A stretch of 63,979 nucleotides of DNA, filler included, from Octopus bimaculoides (lineage: Eukaryota): NCBI RefSeq assembly GCF_001194135.2. It is 5 parts of 5 records of this genome, joined end to end, with 100 filler letters (N's around TTAATTAATTAA, not from the genome) between each part and the next. Parts side by side here need not be neighbours in the genome. Positions count along the whole stretch, not along the records: positions 51,260 to 59,325 come from NC_068988.1; positions 59,426 to 62,061 come from NC_068986.1; positions 62,162 to 63,979 come from NC_068985.1; 2 more parts are not named here. The stretch is one strand, 5' to 3'. The position numbers were made by a program, and so were the translations under genes. The notes beneath the pieces are model-generated. The model was given only the letters and a program-made list of their open reading frames with translations, was not told the origin of the DNA and ran no database searches. This document shows, one piece after another, positions 51,305 to 63,979 of the stretch. Within the stretch, counting starts at the first letter, position 1; each line of letters starts with the position of its first letter.

Positions 51305-53449
51305 TATATACATTTATACATATATACATATATATGCATATACATATACATATACATATGTATATTATATCGTTGCTTCAGCAGCTTGGATAGTAAGTTA
51401 CAACTATTAAGAGATCATTTTATTTAAAAATTGTGAGAAACTACTGATGCAGCTGTTTGTTGTTTTGGCTTCTAATTTCAAGAATAATTTCATTTAATAT
51501 AAGTTCTTCACCTCACTCTTGTCATATTTTACTGTATATATGTTTAGCATGCAAAACATCCCTCTGAAGTATTTGCTTTCAGCCATATTATCGATATTCA
51601 TTAATCAGCGTTACTACGTTCCCTCTATTTTTATATACACTGATCATCTCTAACTCTGTTTTGTGAACAATTCTTTGTGTGTCATTTGACAAAACAATGA
51701 AGGGGCCTTTACGGAGTATCATTCGATCTACTAGAGAAAAAAAACAAGGATATTTCCCTGAAATCACTGAAAGTCACCCAAAACTGTGTGGTGGAGGAAA
51801 ATTCTGTATGTAGGGATAGTTTCTGTCCTCAGGGGATAAACTTAATCTCTTGTTATATTTAACAACACCACCTGACCCCTAGGTGCCTTTAGCTGAGTCC
51901 TCGTTGTTTCAAGTATAACTTCCTCTATCTTTCCCACAAGTCCTGGATGATGCCCTACTAAAGGTCATATGTACTGTTCTTCCACTATAGTCTCAGTCAC
52001 AAAAAATAAAATTACATTTCCTGGTCCAAATTTGATTTGTTTTTACTTGAGGTCAGCTCATCGGTCACCGACATATAGGCCAGCTGCCTTCACTAATCTA
52101 CATCTATTGATTATATTTAGAGGAATCAATCTCTCTGCAGATCAATTATTAATCTTCTCTTCTTTGTAACAATTATTCGCGTGATTGCACATAAATCAAT
52201 AAGTCGATATTCAATGAACCTTTTCAATTATATTAAACTCCAGTATTAATCCTTCTGTTGCATCATTAATTGGGTTTCCAAATCTCAGATTTTTCAAGAA
52301 GGAGAAACTTTGTAGAGTTCCTTTTTATCTTTGGCTGAAGTTTCTCCGACTCCTTATTAACTATTACTGGTAATTTCACATTGAAATTACTCTTCATTAT
52401 TTACGAGGTTTATAAATAATTTCATTTGTGCAAAAGAATTTCAACAATTCCAAATTCTATTGTTTCTATTTGCTGATTTCTGTTTGACGTGTATTATTGT
52501 CACTTTCTTATTTTTTCTCTTTATAATCTGTATTTTTGTTCCTTCACTGAGTCTTTCAAGTAGTTGGAATTTATTTGCCACGCACATATCTGTAGGGCAC
52601 TGGTACAAGATGTTAACGTTCGACAAAAAACATGAATTTTAGAAGTCAATTTAGTAACTTAGAATGAAAGCACACTCTAAATTATAAGTCTTTAAACATT
52701 AAGAATCAGCTTTACACAAATTGTCTCGACTAGTACCTCTAAGACTATTGCGAGTCTAGGCAAATGGAAAGAATTTGGTGGTTATGCTGAATAACGTTCC
52801 ACGAAACTATGTTGTCTAAAGTAAGAAAACACTGCAGAAATTTTGTGATATTATGGCTGAATGCAGAGACTGATTCATTTCCATTCTTTACTCAAGAATG
52901 CTGGAATCACTACATTTAGTTAGCAAAATTACCTGCTGTTCTAATTGAACTCCCCCTTACCCCTCAACCGTTTTTTTTTTCTTTATCCTTGGGCTTCTAA
53001 CAACAGATTATTGATTTAGTCATGAGAACTAGAATGTGTTTCAACTACAACTTCTTTGTTGAATATGTTAAGGCTTGAACCTTAATTCATCGAACTTGCC
53101 AAAGGGCGATACAGCTGTTACATTAACGACAATGTCGGTGCCACCCCTTACCTGCAAACTGTTCATTCCTTTTGTCGACTTCTTCCATCCTGCCCTAGAC
53201 TTCAGATCTACCATTTTGTTATTTCTCTGCACATCGTCTATACTGACCATACCAACTTCTCTTCCTCATTCTTTTACAAACCTAGATTAATTACAAACAA
53301 TAATAGTCCAGCCTGAGCCTCCATTCTTTCCATTTTAAACTACAAAGGACACAAAATAGTTCAATATAGTCTACATGCACAGCGAAACAAAAATATTAAA
53401 ATTGAAAGATCAGCTGGCCAGCGTTTCTACTGTTGGTTTTAACTCTCAC

Positions 53450-54320
53450 AGTCCCTGTCACAATGTGAAATGTCACTTCCAAACACGCAGATATATATGC
53501 AGCATCCGCAGAACTATTGCAATTACATGCTAGAAACACTATCCCTTTCATACAAATCGGACAAGCTGAAAGAACACATTGACTTGAGCTGCTCACCACA
53601 AGCAATAAATGCAGAGGAGCAGCAACTATCATGCACATACAAACAAACAGACAGGCGTTACAATATCCTGCGTGTCAGTAGCGAGCTCCCCAAGAAGCAC
53701 TCTCTTCCTGATGACCTTCCATACAACCGCAAAACTGCTGGACTAATATACCTTAAAGCTGGATGTGAAACACCCAGCATACCGAAAAAGAGAGCATGGG
53801 TATGTTTCCCGAATACTTGAAGATGACAGTAATATCGACATGAAATGCAGTCTCATTTGGGCTCGTAACCGCTACATCGTATCACATTTTGAAGGCTATG
53901 CATTTGCAATCCAAAGACAGGAGATTGCTACAAAATATCTAATAAACAAAAGAGACAGTGAGGCCCTTGGGGCTCCAAGATGCAACTGTAAATGTAGTTT
54001 CCATGGAAGACATCACAAACGGGATTAGTAGCTGCCCAAAAATGTAATCAAAGTACTACCTCCCCTTGTGGCACGATGTTGCCGCAAACGCAATATACAA
54101 TGCAATTCGAAAAAAAGACTGTTCTGGAATAAGTATAGAGAATCCCCCTTTTATTTTGAATACGTAGACAAACACCAACACAAGTAATATTGGTGGAATA
54201 TTTCCATCAAAACATTTGTCAAGTATAGACGTTACAGGCCGGGTGTTGTTTGGGATAGACACGAAAAATTACGTACCGTCGTAGAGGTCAGCAATCCTGC
54301 TGATGTGAGTATCTCTTTAA
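53450..54320 (+). mobile_element. Degenerate restriction-endonuclease-type LINE fragment (R4/HERO-like)
   Basis: HFEGYAFAIQRQEIATKY, a decayed Zn-knuckle, YLP..HDVAAN and WWNISIKT...RPGVVWDRHEKLRTVVEVSNPAD (PD..D/E endonuclease-like); many frameshifts. Confidence 0.7.
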
Positions 54321-55905
54321 AAATCAAAGAGAAAAAGGATAACTATAAACAACTGCTTAGAAACCTCCAATTTCTATATCCACACACGCGCGCGCACACA
54401 CACACACACAGACGTTGAAAGTGTGATATTATTTTACAGTAATTTATTCCAATAGATCCAACAACATGATACGTCTGACATGCAAGAAATAACAGCTAAA
54501 TCACCCTCAAATTACACCCTACTATTCTAAGCACAAGGACGAACACATTTGATAATATAATCCGAAGTACACTTATGAAGAATAGATGAAGATAGGTGCT
54601 TACAGCCTGATATCTTTGATCATAAATCTGTTCAAACATGGCTGATCTTGCAACAAAAACAACAGCAGCGACAATCGCAACAATTCTTATTTAACAGTAA
54701 TTGATTTCTTACGGGGTGGGAGTATATTATTATTTAGACGTGGTGGTCAAATGACCATCTCTACTTTTCTGAATGTTTCAGTGACATAAATGAAGCTGTT
54801 CCAATGAGAAATCGAACCAGCAACCGACAATTTACTACTACACAACGGTACTGCTGACGCTATGCACCAACAAGAGAGAGGGGGGGAGAAAGAAAGAAAG
54901 AAAGAAAGAAAGAGAAAGAAAGAAAGACTTTACACGGTGTCTTGAATGCTAGAAATAGCAACAAAATCTTCAAATTTTATCCCACCACCATAAAAACGAG
55001 GAAAGGATGCATTAGATAATGCAATCCCACATATTCCATGAAGCAAACGATATGTTCATGGCTGGAATGTCTTTGACTATAAGTCGTTTCGAACCCGTGT
55101 TTGATTGGCGGGGATAAGTAACAACACAATCCAATATTTTGCGTCGTTGTCGTTGTTATAATAGGTGACGGCGGCGGCTGCGGCGGCGGCGGCAAAGGAT
55201 GCTGAAGGCCGTGGTATTGTTGTTGTCGTTGATGGCATTGTTTGTTTCGCTCCCAAAACACAAACGCTACTCTTATGAAGAAAACGTCATCGTACCTCAT
55301 ACCTCTGAATCATGAGCAACACTCAACTACCGCTATCACAGTCAGCGTCCTGAAATTCAAATAGAAGAAACCATGTGTCCAGAGATACAAGGAAAGTTAT
55401 AAAATCTTGCCTAGTTACGTGTCTTCACAGCAAGGAACTATTAGTAGCTCTTATCTTTATAGTGTGTACATTAAATTGTGTGTGTATGTGTGTGTGTGCC
55501 CCAGCATGGCCGCAGTCAAATGACTGAAACAAATAAAAAAGTCTACTTTTCACTCTTTAATAAACTTTAATAATGTTCTTATTATGTACGTCTTCAATCT
55601 CCATCGGCTTTACATACCTCTCGTACAAAATTAGAATATTTCTTGACTCCCACCTCAAAAGAATAATCAATAACGTGAACAACAGAAGCTCTGTCAACTC
55701 AGTCACTAATATCAACAACAATAACTACACAATTCTCAAGAGAACAAATTATAAATTCGTCTTCTAAAGAAATATTCTCTCTTTGATCCTCAGTGCAACG
55801 TTTTTCAATGTGATTACAAATTTAGTGTATTTTCACCAACCATACCTATGTTAAGTGCTTCGTTTATTTCCACCGGCTACCTCTAGCTATCTTAACTGAA
55901 ATAAT

Positions 55906-56120
55906 CTTTTCTACTCTAGGCACAAGGCCCGAAATTTTGGGGGAGGGGGCCAATCGATTAGACCGACCCCAGTACGCAACTGATACTTAATTTATCGACC
56001 CCGAAAGGATGAAAGACAAAGTCGACCTCGGTGGAATTTAAATTCAGAACGTAAAGACAGACGAAACACCGCTAAGCATTTCGCCCGGCATGCTAACGTT
56101 CCTGCCAGCTCGCCGTCTTA
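55906..56120 (-). mobile_element. SINE family C, full length with 16-bp TSD
   Basis: Flanks tcttaactgaaataat (55890-55905) and tcttgactgaaataat (56121-56136). Further single copies 20755-20865(-), 21115-21285(+), 35105-35248(-), 36212-36425(-), 44963-45108(-), 60648-60875(+). Confidence 0.88.
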
Positions 56121-57710
56121 TCTTGACTGAAATAATGTTGGAATAAGAAATTATGACCGGAAAATAAGGCGAAATATTGCATTGTACATGTTTTCCCGAA
56201 AGTATTACTGCTTGCTATTGTTGTCCAGCACCAAGTCAACCCTGGTCGAGCAGACCTTGGGGTTAGATTTACTTCAACTAGGAACTAAAACCTCCATCGT
56301 GGTCTTTATATTTTGTAATTGCTAATTAGAAAATTTAATTTCTTTTGTTTAGTCACAAAGCTAAGCATTTGTCAGGTGGTAACTATTGAATTTATTTATA
56401 GATTGCTTCAACTATTTCTCAGTTTCTAACTGTTCATATGGAAAAAGTAATTATCTGCCCATCTCTCACTTTCTCTCTCCCTTTCCCTCTCTCCCTCTCC
56501 CTCTCTCCCTCTCCCTCTCTCCCTCTCCCCCTCTCNNNNNNNNNNTCTCACTTTCTCTCTCCCTTTCCCTCTCTCCCTCTCCCTCTCTCCCTCTCTCTCT
56601 CTCTCTCTCTTTCTTTCACTGTTTTCTTTCTGTTCATTTGATACAGCTATTGGTAATGATCTCTGTCTCTCTCTCACCCTCCATTTCACTCCCTCCACTT
56701 CTTCTCTCTTCTCTTCCTCTCTCCTTCTTCCTCTCTCTCCCTCACTCTCTCCTTCTATCTCTCTCCTAGTTTCACTTTCTGTTGCATTTGGCACTATTAA
56801 CATTGTCACGTGCCTTGTGCTGCTTAATTCAATAGAGTTCATGCGCCTTTGGCGGGCCAAGCGTCATTTTTATCGCCATCTCCAGATCCACGGGCGCCTT
56901 TAGCGCAGAGTTTGTTTTATTGCATGTAGTTGGACCAGGCTTTTACCAACGAATTATTAAAATTATTATCGTCAGCTCACGGCACCCCGACACATACACT
57001 TCGCTAATGTCTCGAAATCCGCGCGAACGTCACCAAGGACTACGAATCTGCAGGAGTGGATTCTAAATTGACACTGAGAGTTTAGAAAATATTCATACAA
57101 ACTCTAACAAATTTACATATACTCTGGAAAATATACGATTTAACATGAAAAATAACAATGATATCAACAATTAGAACGGCATCGATACAAACAGAAAATA
57201 CCGTTTTCTCTCTTCGTAACGACACAGGTCCCTTTGGAAAAGAATTCATTTAAAAATAAACGCTTCACACAAAAATATCTTTCTAAATATAACACAAAAT
57301 AACGGCATAATAAACACATTTATAGAAGTAAATGTCTTTATAATCACACAAGGCATTGCCGTGACAGCACAGAAAACATTCTTACTACTTAACGATACAC
57401 CTCCCAGCATTCCAAATTATATTCAGTCTGATTGCTTGTGCAAAAACGTGCATTCAGTCTATAGATATAGTAAATGACATTCGTAAATTAATGGGAAATG
57501 ATATCGCAATGGAATTAAAGGCTTTCGAAATAAAAACTAGCTACATGGAGAATATTAATCAATAGCGTGAAAACTAAGCTTCCGTCATCCTGAACAATCC
57601 ACGCCAAGATATAGAAACACACGCACATACTCGCGCACACATGCACACACGTGCACAAACAATTACACACAATCACACACACACGCAATCACACACACAA
57701 GCAATTACAT

Positions 57711-57751
<41 letters not shown>

Positions 57752-59325
57752 GCTCACTAAGACAACTAGAACAACACTCCCAAAGCATTATCTTCTGCTC
57801 TGTGCTTATACACCTAGCTGATATGATAATCCCTGAACTTTCCTCGCATCCACGAAGAAGGCAAAAGCAGTTACAAACTTACGCAAAGCACAATAGAACA
57901 AGTTTCTCGAAAATCAGCCGCCAAATGCCAAAAACAGAAGTCAGGAACGTAAAACCAAAACTGGGCATCTTTTCTCAAGACGATGATTTTAATTCTGTCT
58001 GCAAACCTAAAAGACAATAGGAAACGTAAAAACTCAAAATCCTTAGGTCCAGACAAAATCCTAAACATACACCTAAAATAGTTAAGGGCCAGAAGGAATT
58101 ACTGCACTCACAAGCATTTACAACTTTTCCGACCAATACTGTAAAATTTCCAGAAAGGTCACTATTATAACAAATTTGAAATTCAACAAACCCCTAATGA
58201 AGTTACATCGTACAGACCATTATTTTCCCTATATACACTCTCAGAAATTCTAGAAAGGCTCGTCCTTTACATCACTAATCCACACACATTTGTAGCAAGT
58301 AAGCACTGAATTCTGTCCACTGTTCTCGTAATCTACTCTCAGAATTTATTTGTATCACCTGTCAATTCCGTTCATATCTTGCGTGAGATAGTGATTATTT
58401 TAGATGGTTCATCTAATTCCATTGTACATTACATCGTCCAAGTTTAGAACAGCTCTAAATTTGAGTTACTTGTTAAAAAACGCCATTCCCTTCTTTTGTT
58501 TTAGACAGTCTACTTCTGTCACTTTTCAGCACCTTCGCCCAGATTTGATTTTCACATACACACGGACAGTTTTCTTACGCGCGAGCTTTGCATCAGTACC
58601 TTCCTTGCCTCACAGTAGAAAATAACTGACTACTACAAGCTCCATGATCAGAGATACTCTGTCAAACTGATTTACATTTGTATTTACTTCCAACTAATCG
58701 AAGTTGTTAAAGATTTCGTAACGGTTGAATAAAATGTATGATTAGTATAAACTAAATCCTTTTTGCGTTGATTTACTTCCCTACATCTGTAACTGACAAA
58801 CTTCTTACCAATTATATACAATCGTTACACAGTCTTCTCTTTAAACCACAAGATTTAAACAATTACACTCAACAACTACACTACTCATGAACCTAACAGA
58901 AAATACATGGTGCCTTCAATAACAAAAAAAACCTGCCAGTTTTGTCTTGGTCTTTAATCTCTTCACAACAAAGTATAATAAATTACCAAGAAGACAAAAT
59001 AACGCACTATATATCATAACAACTTGTCCACACACCACTATATATCATAATTTGCATACAAAACAATATACATCATAACAATTTGTACGCAGACTATACG
59101 TGCAGACAATCTACACAACAAAACCAGTTGTTCGAAAAATGAAAGAAAAAACCTGTTGGAAAAGCTAAAGTCAATTTAGCAGCCGCAGTAAGCATCAAGT
59201 CTCAGTCCCTGTAAGAGCGTGAAAAGCTACCTTCAGAATACATGCATAAAACACACCGAAAGACTTCTATAACAACGTCCTAAAACCACAAGACTCTCTC
59301 TCCCTTTCCCTCTGTCTCATTCTCT

Positions 59326-59425
59326 NNNNNNNNNNNNNNNNNNNNNNNNNNNNNNNNNNNNNNNNNNNNTTAATTAATTAANNNNNNNNNNNNNNNNNNN
59401 NNNNNNNNNNNNNNNNNNNNNNNNN
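59326..59425. other. Artificial 100-bp assembly spacer
   Basis: 44 N + TTAATTAATTAA (59370-59381) + 44 N. Confidence 0.95.
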
Positions 59426-60023
59426 GGCAGTGTCGGCGGCGGCGGCGAAAATAATGGCGGCGGCGGCGAAAATAATGGCGGCGGCGTCGGAGACAAGTGG
59501 TGATCATAGTCTTCGGTGCAGATGTTTTCCACTGATGTTTACTAAAACACCATTTGTTTTAGGTGTCGCTCTCTCATCTTCCTTACCTTTGATAATTGTT
59601 CGCAGTCTCTTTCAAATATATATCTTTATCTATCACACAACGTCAACAAACTTCTTGACTTCCATAATCACAAATTCTTCGAATCTAGCCGTCACTTATG
59701 TTTATCAAAGCAACTTAGAAGTTTGTGTTTTATTGTTGTTGTTGGTGTTTTTCTTTTTTCGGTTTTTTTTTTCTTAATCTTTAAAACGTTAAATAGAAAA
59801 TCACTTTTGTTTCTTAGTAAGGTGAAGTAGTGCATCGCATCCATTTTTTAGTGCAGCCATAGTATTCATAATAACTAATCATTTATCCATCTTCTCCAGT
59901 CACTATTACTGAGAGAATCCTTATGCATAGGGTCCTATCAGAAGCAGCTGTCTTTAGACTTTCAGGCCCCGGATTCTGAAGCATAGCCTAGGTAACCAGC
60001 TGTTTGGCTTGGTCATAGCTATA

Positions 60024-60084
<61 letters not shown>

Positions 60085-60875
60085 GTCAAGACGAAGAGCG
60101 CGATTCGATTGTATAGATATTATATTTGATCAATATTTCAACAGTACGTCTGTCTTTGTCAAGTTCAAAATAAGAGATGATTAAAAATTAAAAATTACAG
60201 AAATTTAAACGTAAAGTATGAACGAGAGCAACCAGCGTCCATACGTTGATGGAACGACATCATCAGTTTTTAAGTTTTATAACAGGCGGAAAGAAAGAAA
60301 AAAATAGAAACAGGAAGACGACAGAAAAAAAAGGAAAGAAAAAGAGAGAAAGAAGAATATTCAATCAAACAATTTTGTATAAATTTGATAATATTATTCT
60401 GTCATCTTATTCATTCCTCCAGGGCGTGATGTTAATAACCCGAAAACTATTTCTCCTCATACATTCTGAGAAGTGAAAGTGAAGNNNNNNNNNNNNNNNN
60501 NNNNNNNNNNNNNNNNNNNNNNNNNNNNNNNNNNNNNNNNNNNNNNNNNNNNNNNNNNNNNNNNNNNNNNNNGTGCCCATTAAACCTTTTGTTTAATTGT
60601 TCTGTTGTACAACCAATATAAATTAAGTTGTGTTTCGTGCATTCTACAGCGAACTGGCAGAAACGTTAGCACGCCGGGCGAAATGCTTAGCGGTATTTCG
60701 TCTGCCGCTACGTTCTGAGTTCAAATTCCGCCGAGGTGGACTTTGCCTTTCATCCTTTCGGGGTCGATCAAATAAGTACCAGTTACGCACTGGGGTCGGT
60801 ATAATCGACTTAATCCGTTTGTCTGTCCTTGTTTGTCCCCTCTGTGTGTAGCCCCTTGTGGGTAGTAAAGAAATA

Positions 60876-62061
60876 ACACCAAATGGGAATCTTTACATGT
60901 CCTACCTTCTGTATGAATCATAACATTTCTTTTATGATTTCTAATGAATTCACTTCACTCATGTTGTTGCACAATGAACAGGGCTTACCTCTCTTGCGGC
61001 TGTTCTTCAAGGTACAGCGTTCAGATACTCCAATGTTCGTTTTCTTGAAGTCAGAAATAGAGGTCAATAATTCTCTGATATTCTTATTCCGTCAAAAGGC
61101 TACAATAGGCGACTGAGGAAATATCTGTTTGAAACGAGGATATTTTTTTCGCCACATGCTGGTAACTTTCATGCAACACTTTTGAAATGCCAGCGAAATG
61201 ACGGTGCCAGTTAATCACTAAAGGAATTCTGTCATCTGTTGTATTGTGTTTGCTAAAATTATGCGTGAAGGTTTTACTATCATTGCTAATCTTAGCTATT
61301 TCATTTGCTATTTCCTTTAATCGTGATTCACTGTAACCGCGTTTGACATAATGGTATTCAAAAGCATTTGCATGTTTCCAGTAATCCCCTGTCAGTACAA
61401 ATCCGTTTTATCCTCAAAAACTGGGATTTCGGATTTGACCGAATAAGATGATGTGGATGATCGGAGCGGCGGTGGAGATAAATGACGTGGGCTTGCAAAA
61501 TAACTCTGTCACTATTCTGCCTCCAGAAAACTTTTGTGTTCAGAAATTCAACGCTAGTTTTTGAAAAACTAGACGTAAATTCTATGTTGGACTTAAAGCC
61601 ATAGTTTTTAGCATAACAATCACAGAAATGCAAAAAGTCCATTAAACTATACTGTGATCCTTCCCAATCAAAAATACGTCGTCAATGAACCGTAACCAAA
61701 GTATTGGTTCATGACCATGAAGGGATTTGAATGTCTTCAGTAACTGTGTCTCGAATTTCGTCTTGAAGACATTAGCGAAATTAACTGCCATGGAGCTACC
61801 CATGGCGCAACCCTTCGTCTGGTGGTAAAATCATTGTCTAAACTTCAGTGTGTTACTTTCTAACACAAACCTCAATAATCTACAGAGAAAATTTGATGGA
61901 ATACTTTTGTTTGACCGCTTTTCGAAGGCATCCATGCATGCTTCTACCCCTTCATTGGGGTCAATATTGGGATCTAAGGAAGAAACATCCATGGTTACCA
62001 AAAAAACAGTTCTCGACACGGCCTCGTTGCCTAAAAATGTTGATTTTAGAAACAAAATCAA
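60876..62061 (-). mobile_element. Penelope-like element RT plus linker fragment, cut by a SINE
   Basis: LVTMDVSSLDPNID..EGVEAC (RT motif A), GCAMGSSMAVNFANVF (motif B), YLHRRSDHPHHLIRSNPKSQFLRIKRIC, then PCSLCNNM Cys linker; multiple frameshifts. Confidence 0.85.
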
Positions 62062-62161
62062 NNNNNNNNNNNNNNNNNNNNNNNNNNNNNNNNNNNNNNN
62101 NNNNNTTAATTAATTAANNNNNNNNNNNNNNNNNNNNNNNNNNNNNNNNNNNNNNNNNNNN
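62062..62161. other. Artificial 100-bp assembly spacer
   Basis: 44 N + TTAATTAATTAA (62106-62117) + 44 N. Confidence 0.95.
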
Positions 62162-63406
62162 CTGTTTGGGTGGTAGAACTCCTGTTCGGATGGGTTTGAG
62201 TGAGTATCCTGCTTCTTTTGTGACTGCAGTGGCTGCCGCATATATTATGTCATTTAGCTCAGTGATATTGCCTGTTGTTTCTGTGGCTGTTAGTTCCGTG
62301 ACGGCCAGGTTTATGCTATTTATTATTGATGTTGTTTTATTGTCTATTTTGATTTTTGGGAGATATAATCTGTGGTCCATTCTATGATCTGTGGTTTTCA
62401 GTTCTTTGTTTATTCTCATTTTCATAGTATCGTAATTATTAGGTTTCCCTTCGTTATTTCCAGGCTTTAGATTTGTTTTGCTTTCCTTTTCATTCATATG
62501 GTGTTCTGGATTGGTGCTTTTTGTACACTATTATACATCTCTACGGTCTGGGTTTGTTGTTTGTTGTTTACTTCGTTTTTGCCGGAAATGTTACGTTTGT
62601 CCTCGTGTTTTGCTATCTCAGTGTTTATATTATTGTTTGGCATTGCTGTGTGGCTCCTATCTAGATTTTCTTCATGTATTTTTCCTTTCAATTGTTCTAT
62701 TTCTATTTCTGATATATTTTTGCTTTTAGAATATATCTTCTTATGTTAGCTAGTTTGTTAGGGTTCATTGTGTTATCGAGGTCTTTATTTACATTATTTT
62801 TTCTTCCATATTTTATATGTATGTGTTGTTGCGTTTTCGTTTTTTGGGTAGAGCACTGCTGTGAAATAAGCGTGTAGGATCGAAATGTATCTCTCACGTG
62901 TCCATTTATGCCGTTTTGGTTTTGTTTGCGGGACATGAGGAACAACGTCCGGCCCTTTATTTTGACGGTCATCGTTTTTGTAGGGTACCGGTTCGTTCAT
63001 TTCTGTTGTCAGATTGTTTTTCACGTTCAGATCTTCGTATTTTTTGCGTAACAAGCTTACAGTATGCACTTCTCGGTTGTTATTCTTGGGTGGAATAATA
63101 CCGGTGTTATTTAATCTGTTTGTAATGTTTTTGTACATGTTGTTTGGATGCGGAGATGGTCTGATTTTGATGTAACACGTGTGTTTACGATCGCTGTGCG
63201 GGTAGTGGAGGTATCAAGTTAAAATACATCATTATATTTGGGAAAATAGAAATAAATTTCAATGAGTATTACTTGCTCGGATATAGTCCTACCCTATGTC
63301 AGCTTTTTTTGGACTCCATGCGATGTCTTTATTTCCGATGTTTTTGGATAAATTTCGGAGCAGTGAGTTATCGTTCTCACATGTTAAACATTCCCGGTGT
63401 CTTCTC
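62162..63406 (-). mobile_element. R4/Dong-like non-LTR retrotransposon, 5' portion
   Basis: KRHKWTRERYISILHAY...YKIW and LPKIKIDNKT..IINSIN...ITELNDIIYAAA..V...PP resemble the R4-clade N-terminal region; frameshifted; 5' end abuts (TAA)n at about 63407-63477. Confidence 0.7.
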
Positions 63407-63468
<62 letters not shown>

Positions 63469-63979
63469 GTTATTATTATTGTTGTTGTTGTTCTTGTTGT
63501 TGTCTTTGTTGTTGTTTTGTTGTTGTTGTTGTTACATAGACGCCCTGATGTGGCTACCGACCGAGGAACAGGTTTATGTAAAAGGATAATAGTAGCTGAC
63601 GATGTATGTGAGGCAATGACGTGCTGCGCGACAGAGATCTCACCAAGGCTGGATGACATATACCAGATTATTTCGGTTGCCTTTTAGCACATATTTATTA
63701 CAACTGACTGCAGAAAGAGAAAATTCCCAGTAACTCAAAATGTCCTACTACTGAGAAGGGAACCGAATAAGTAGTGTGATTTTAATTTCAGAACCATAAG
63801 TCTACTAAATGCAGTTTTGAAGATTTGAGCCACCCTGTTACCTAATGGATTGTCAATCTCGTAGTTGAATCACAGACATGTGTCAAGTTTGTATCTGTTT
63901 AGGATGCCCCCACTCTTCACTTCTTACTATTATTGTCCTCCTCCTTCTCCTCCTCATCCTCTCCTTCTTCTCCTCCTCC

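Noticed and set aside
53396-53638. Cys-rich hydrophobic minus-strand ORF as secreted peptide or EPDR leader
   Set aside because: Overlaps the antisense strand of the degenerate LINE fragment.
54977-55300. ORF with CC motif as EPDR first exon
   Set aside because: No signal-peptide-like start, includes low-complexity Q/P/T runs, and no in-phase donor identified.

Overview
Eukaryotic, AT-rich, microsatellite- and SINE-dense draft genomic DNA with many N gaps. The repeat landscape is most consistent with an octopus/coleoid cephalopod assembly (inference, not a database result). Two spliced protein-coding genes were reconstructed by hand from GT-AG boundaries with consistent phases. (1) The 3' part of HID1 on the + strand: 8 exons, 28755-37495, about 470 codons, with a long acidic/low-complexity insertion. 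(2) A convergent ependymin-related (EPDR-family) gene on the - strand: 5 exons, 49686-43864, 186 aa, signal-peptide exon not found. Each gene is cut off at its 5' side near an artificial 100-bp N44-TTAATTAATTAA-N44 spacer (four such spacers in the window). The rest is transposon debris: Penelope-like elements, R4/Dong-like restriction-endonuclease LINE fragments (two adjoining (TAA)n tracts), an RTE LINE 3' end with many 3'-UTR-only copies, at least four tRNA-derived SINE families, mariner MITEs, AT-rich foldbacks and a TIR element with a central telomere-repeat palindrome. Most ORFs in the supplied track are microsatellite or N artefacts. No rRNA, true tRNA, CRISPR or prokaryotic system is supported, and no clearly novel multi-gene system is evident. 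The best leads are three minimal hammerhead-ribozyme-like cores (two with a CCGAYGA variant), the telomere-palindrome element, the (TAA)n-associated LINE and the His-rich EPDR.
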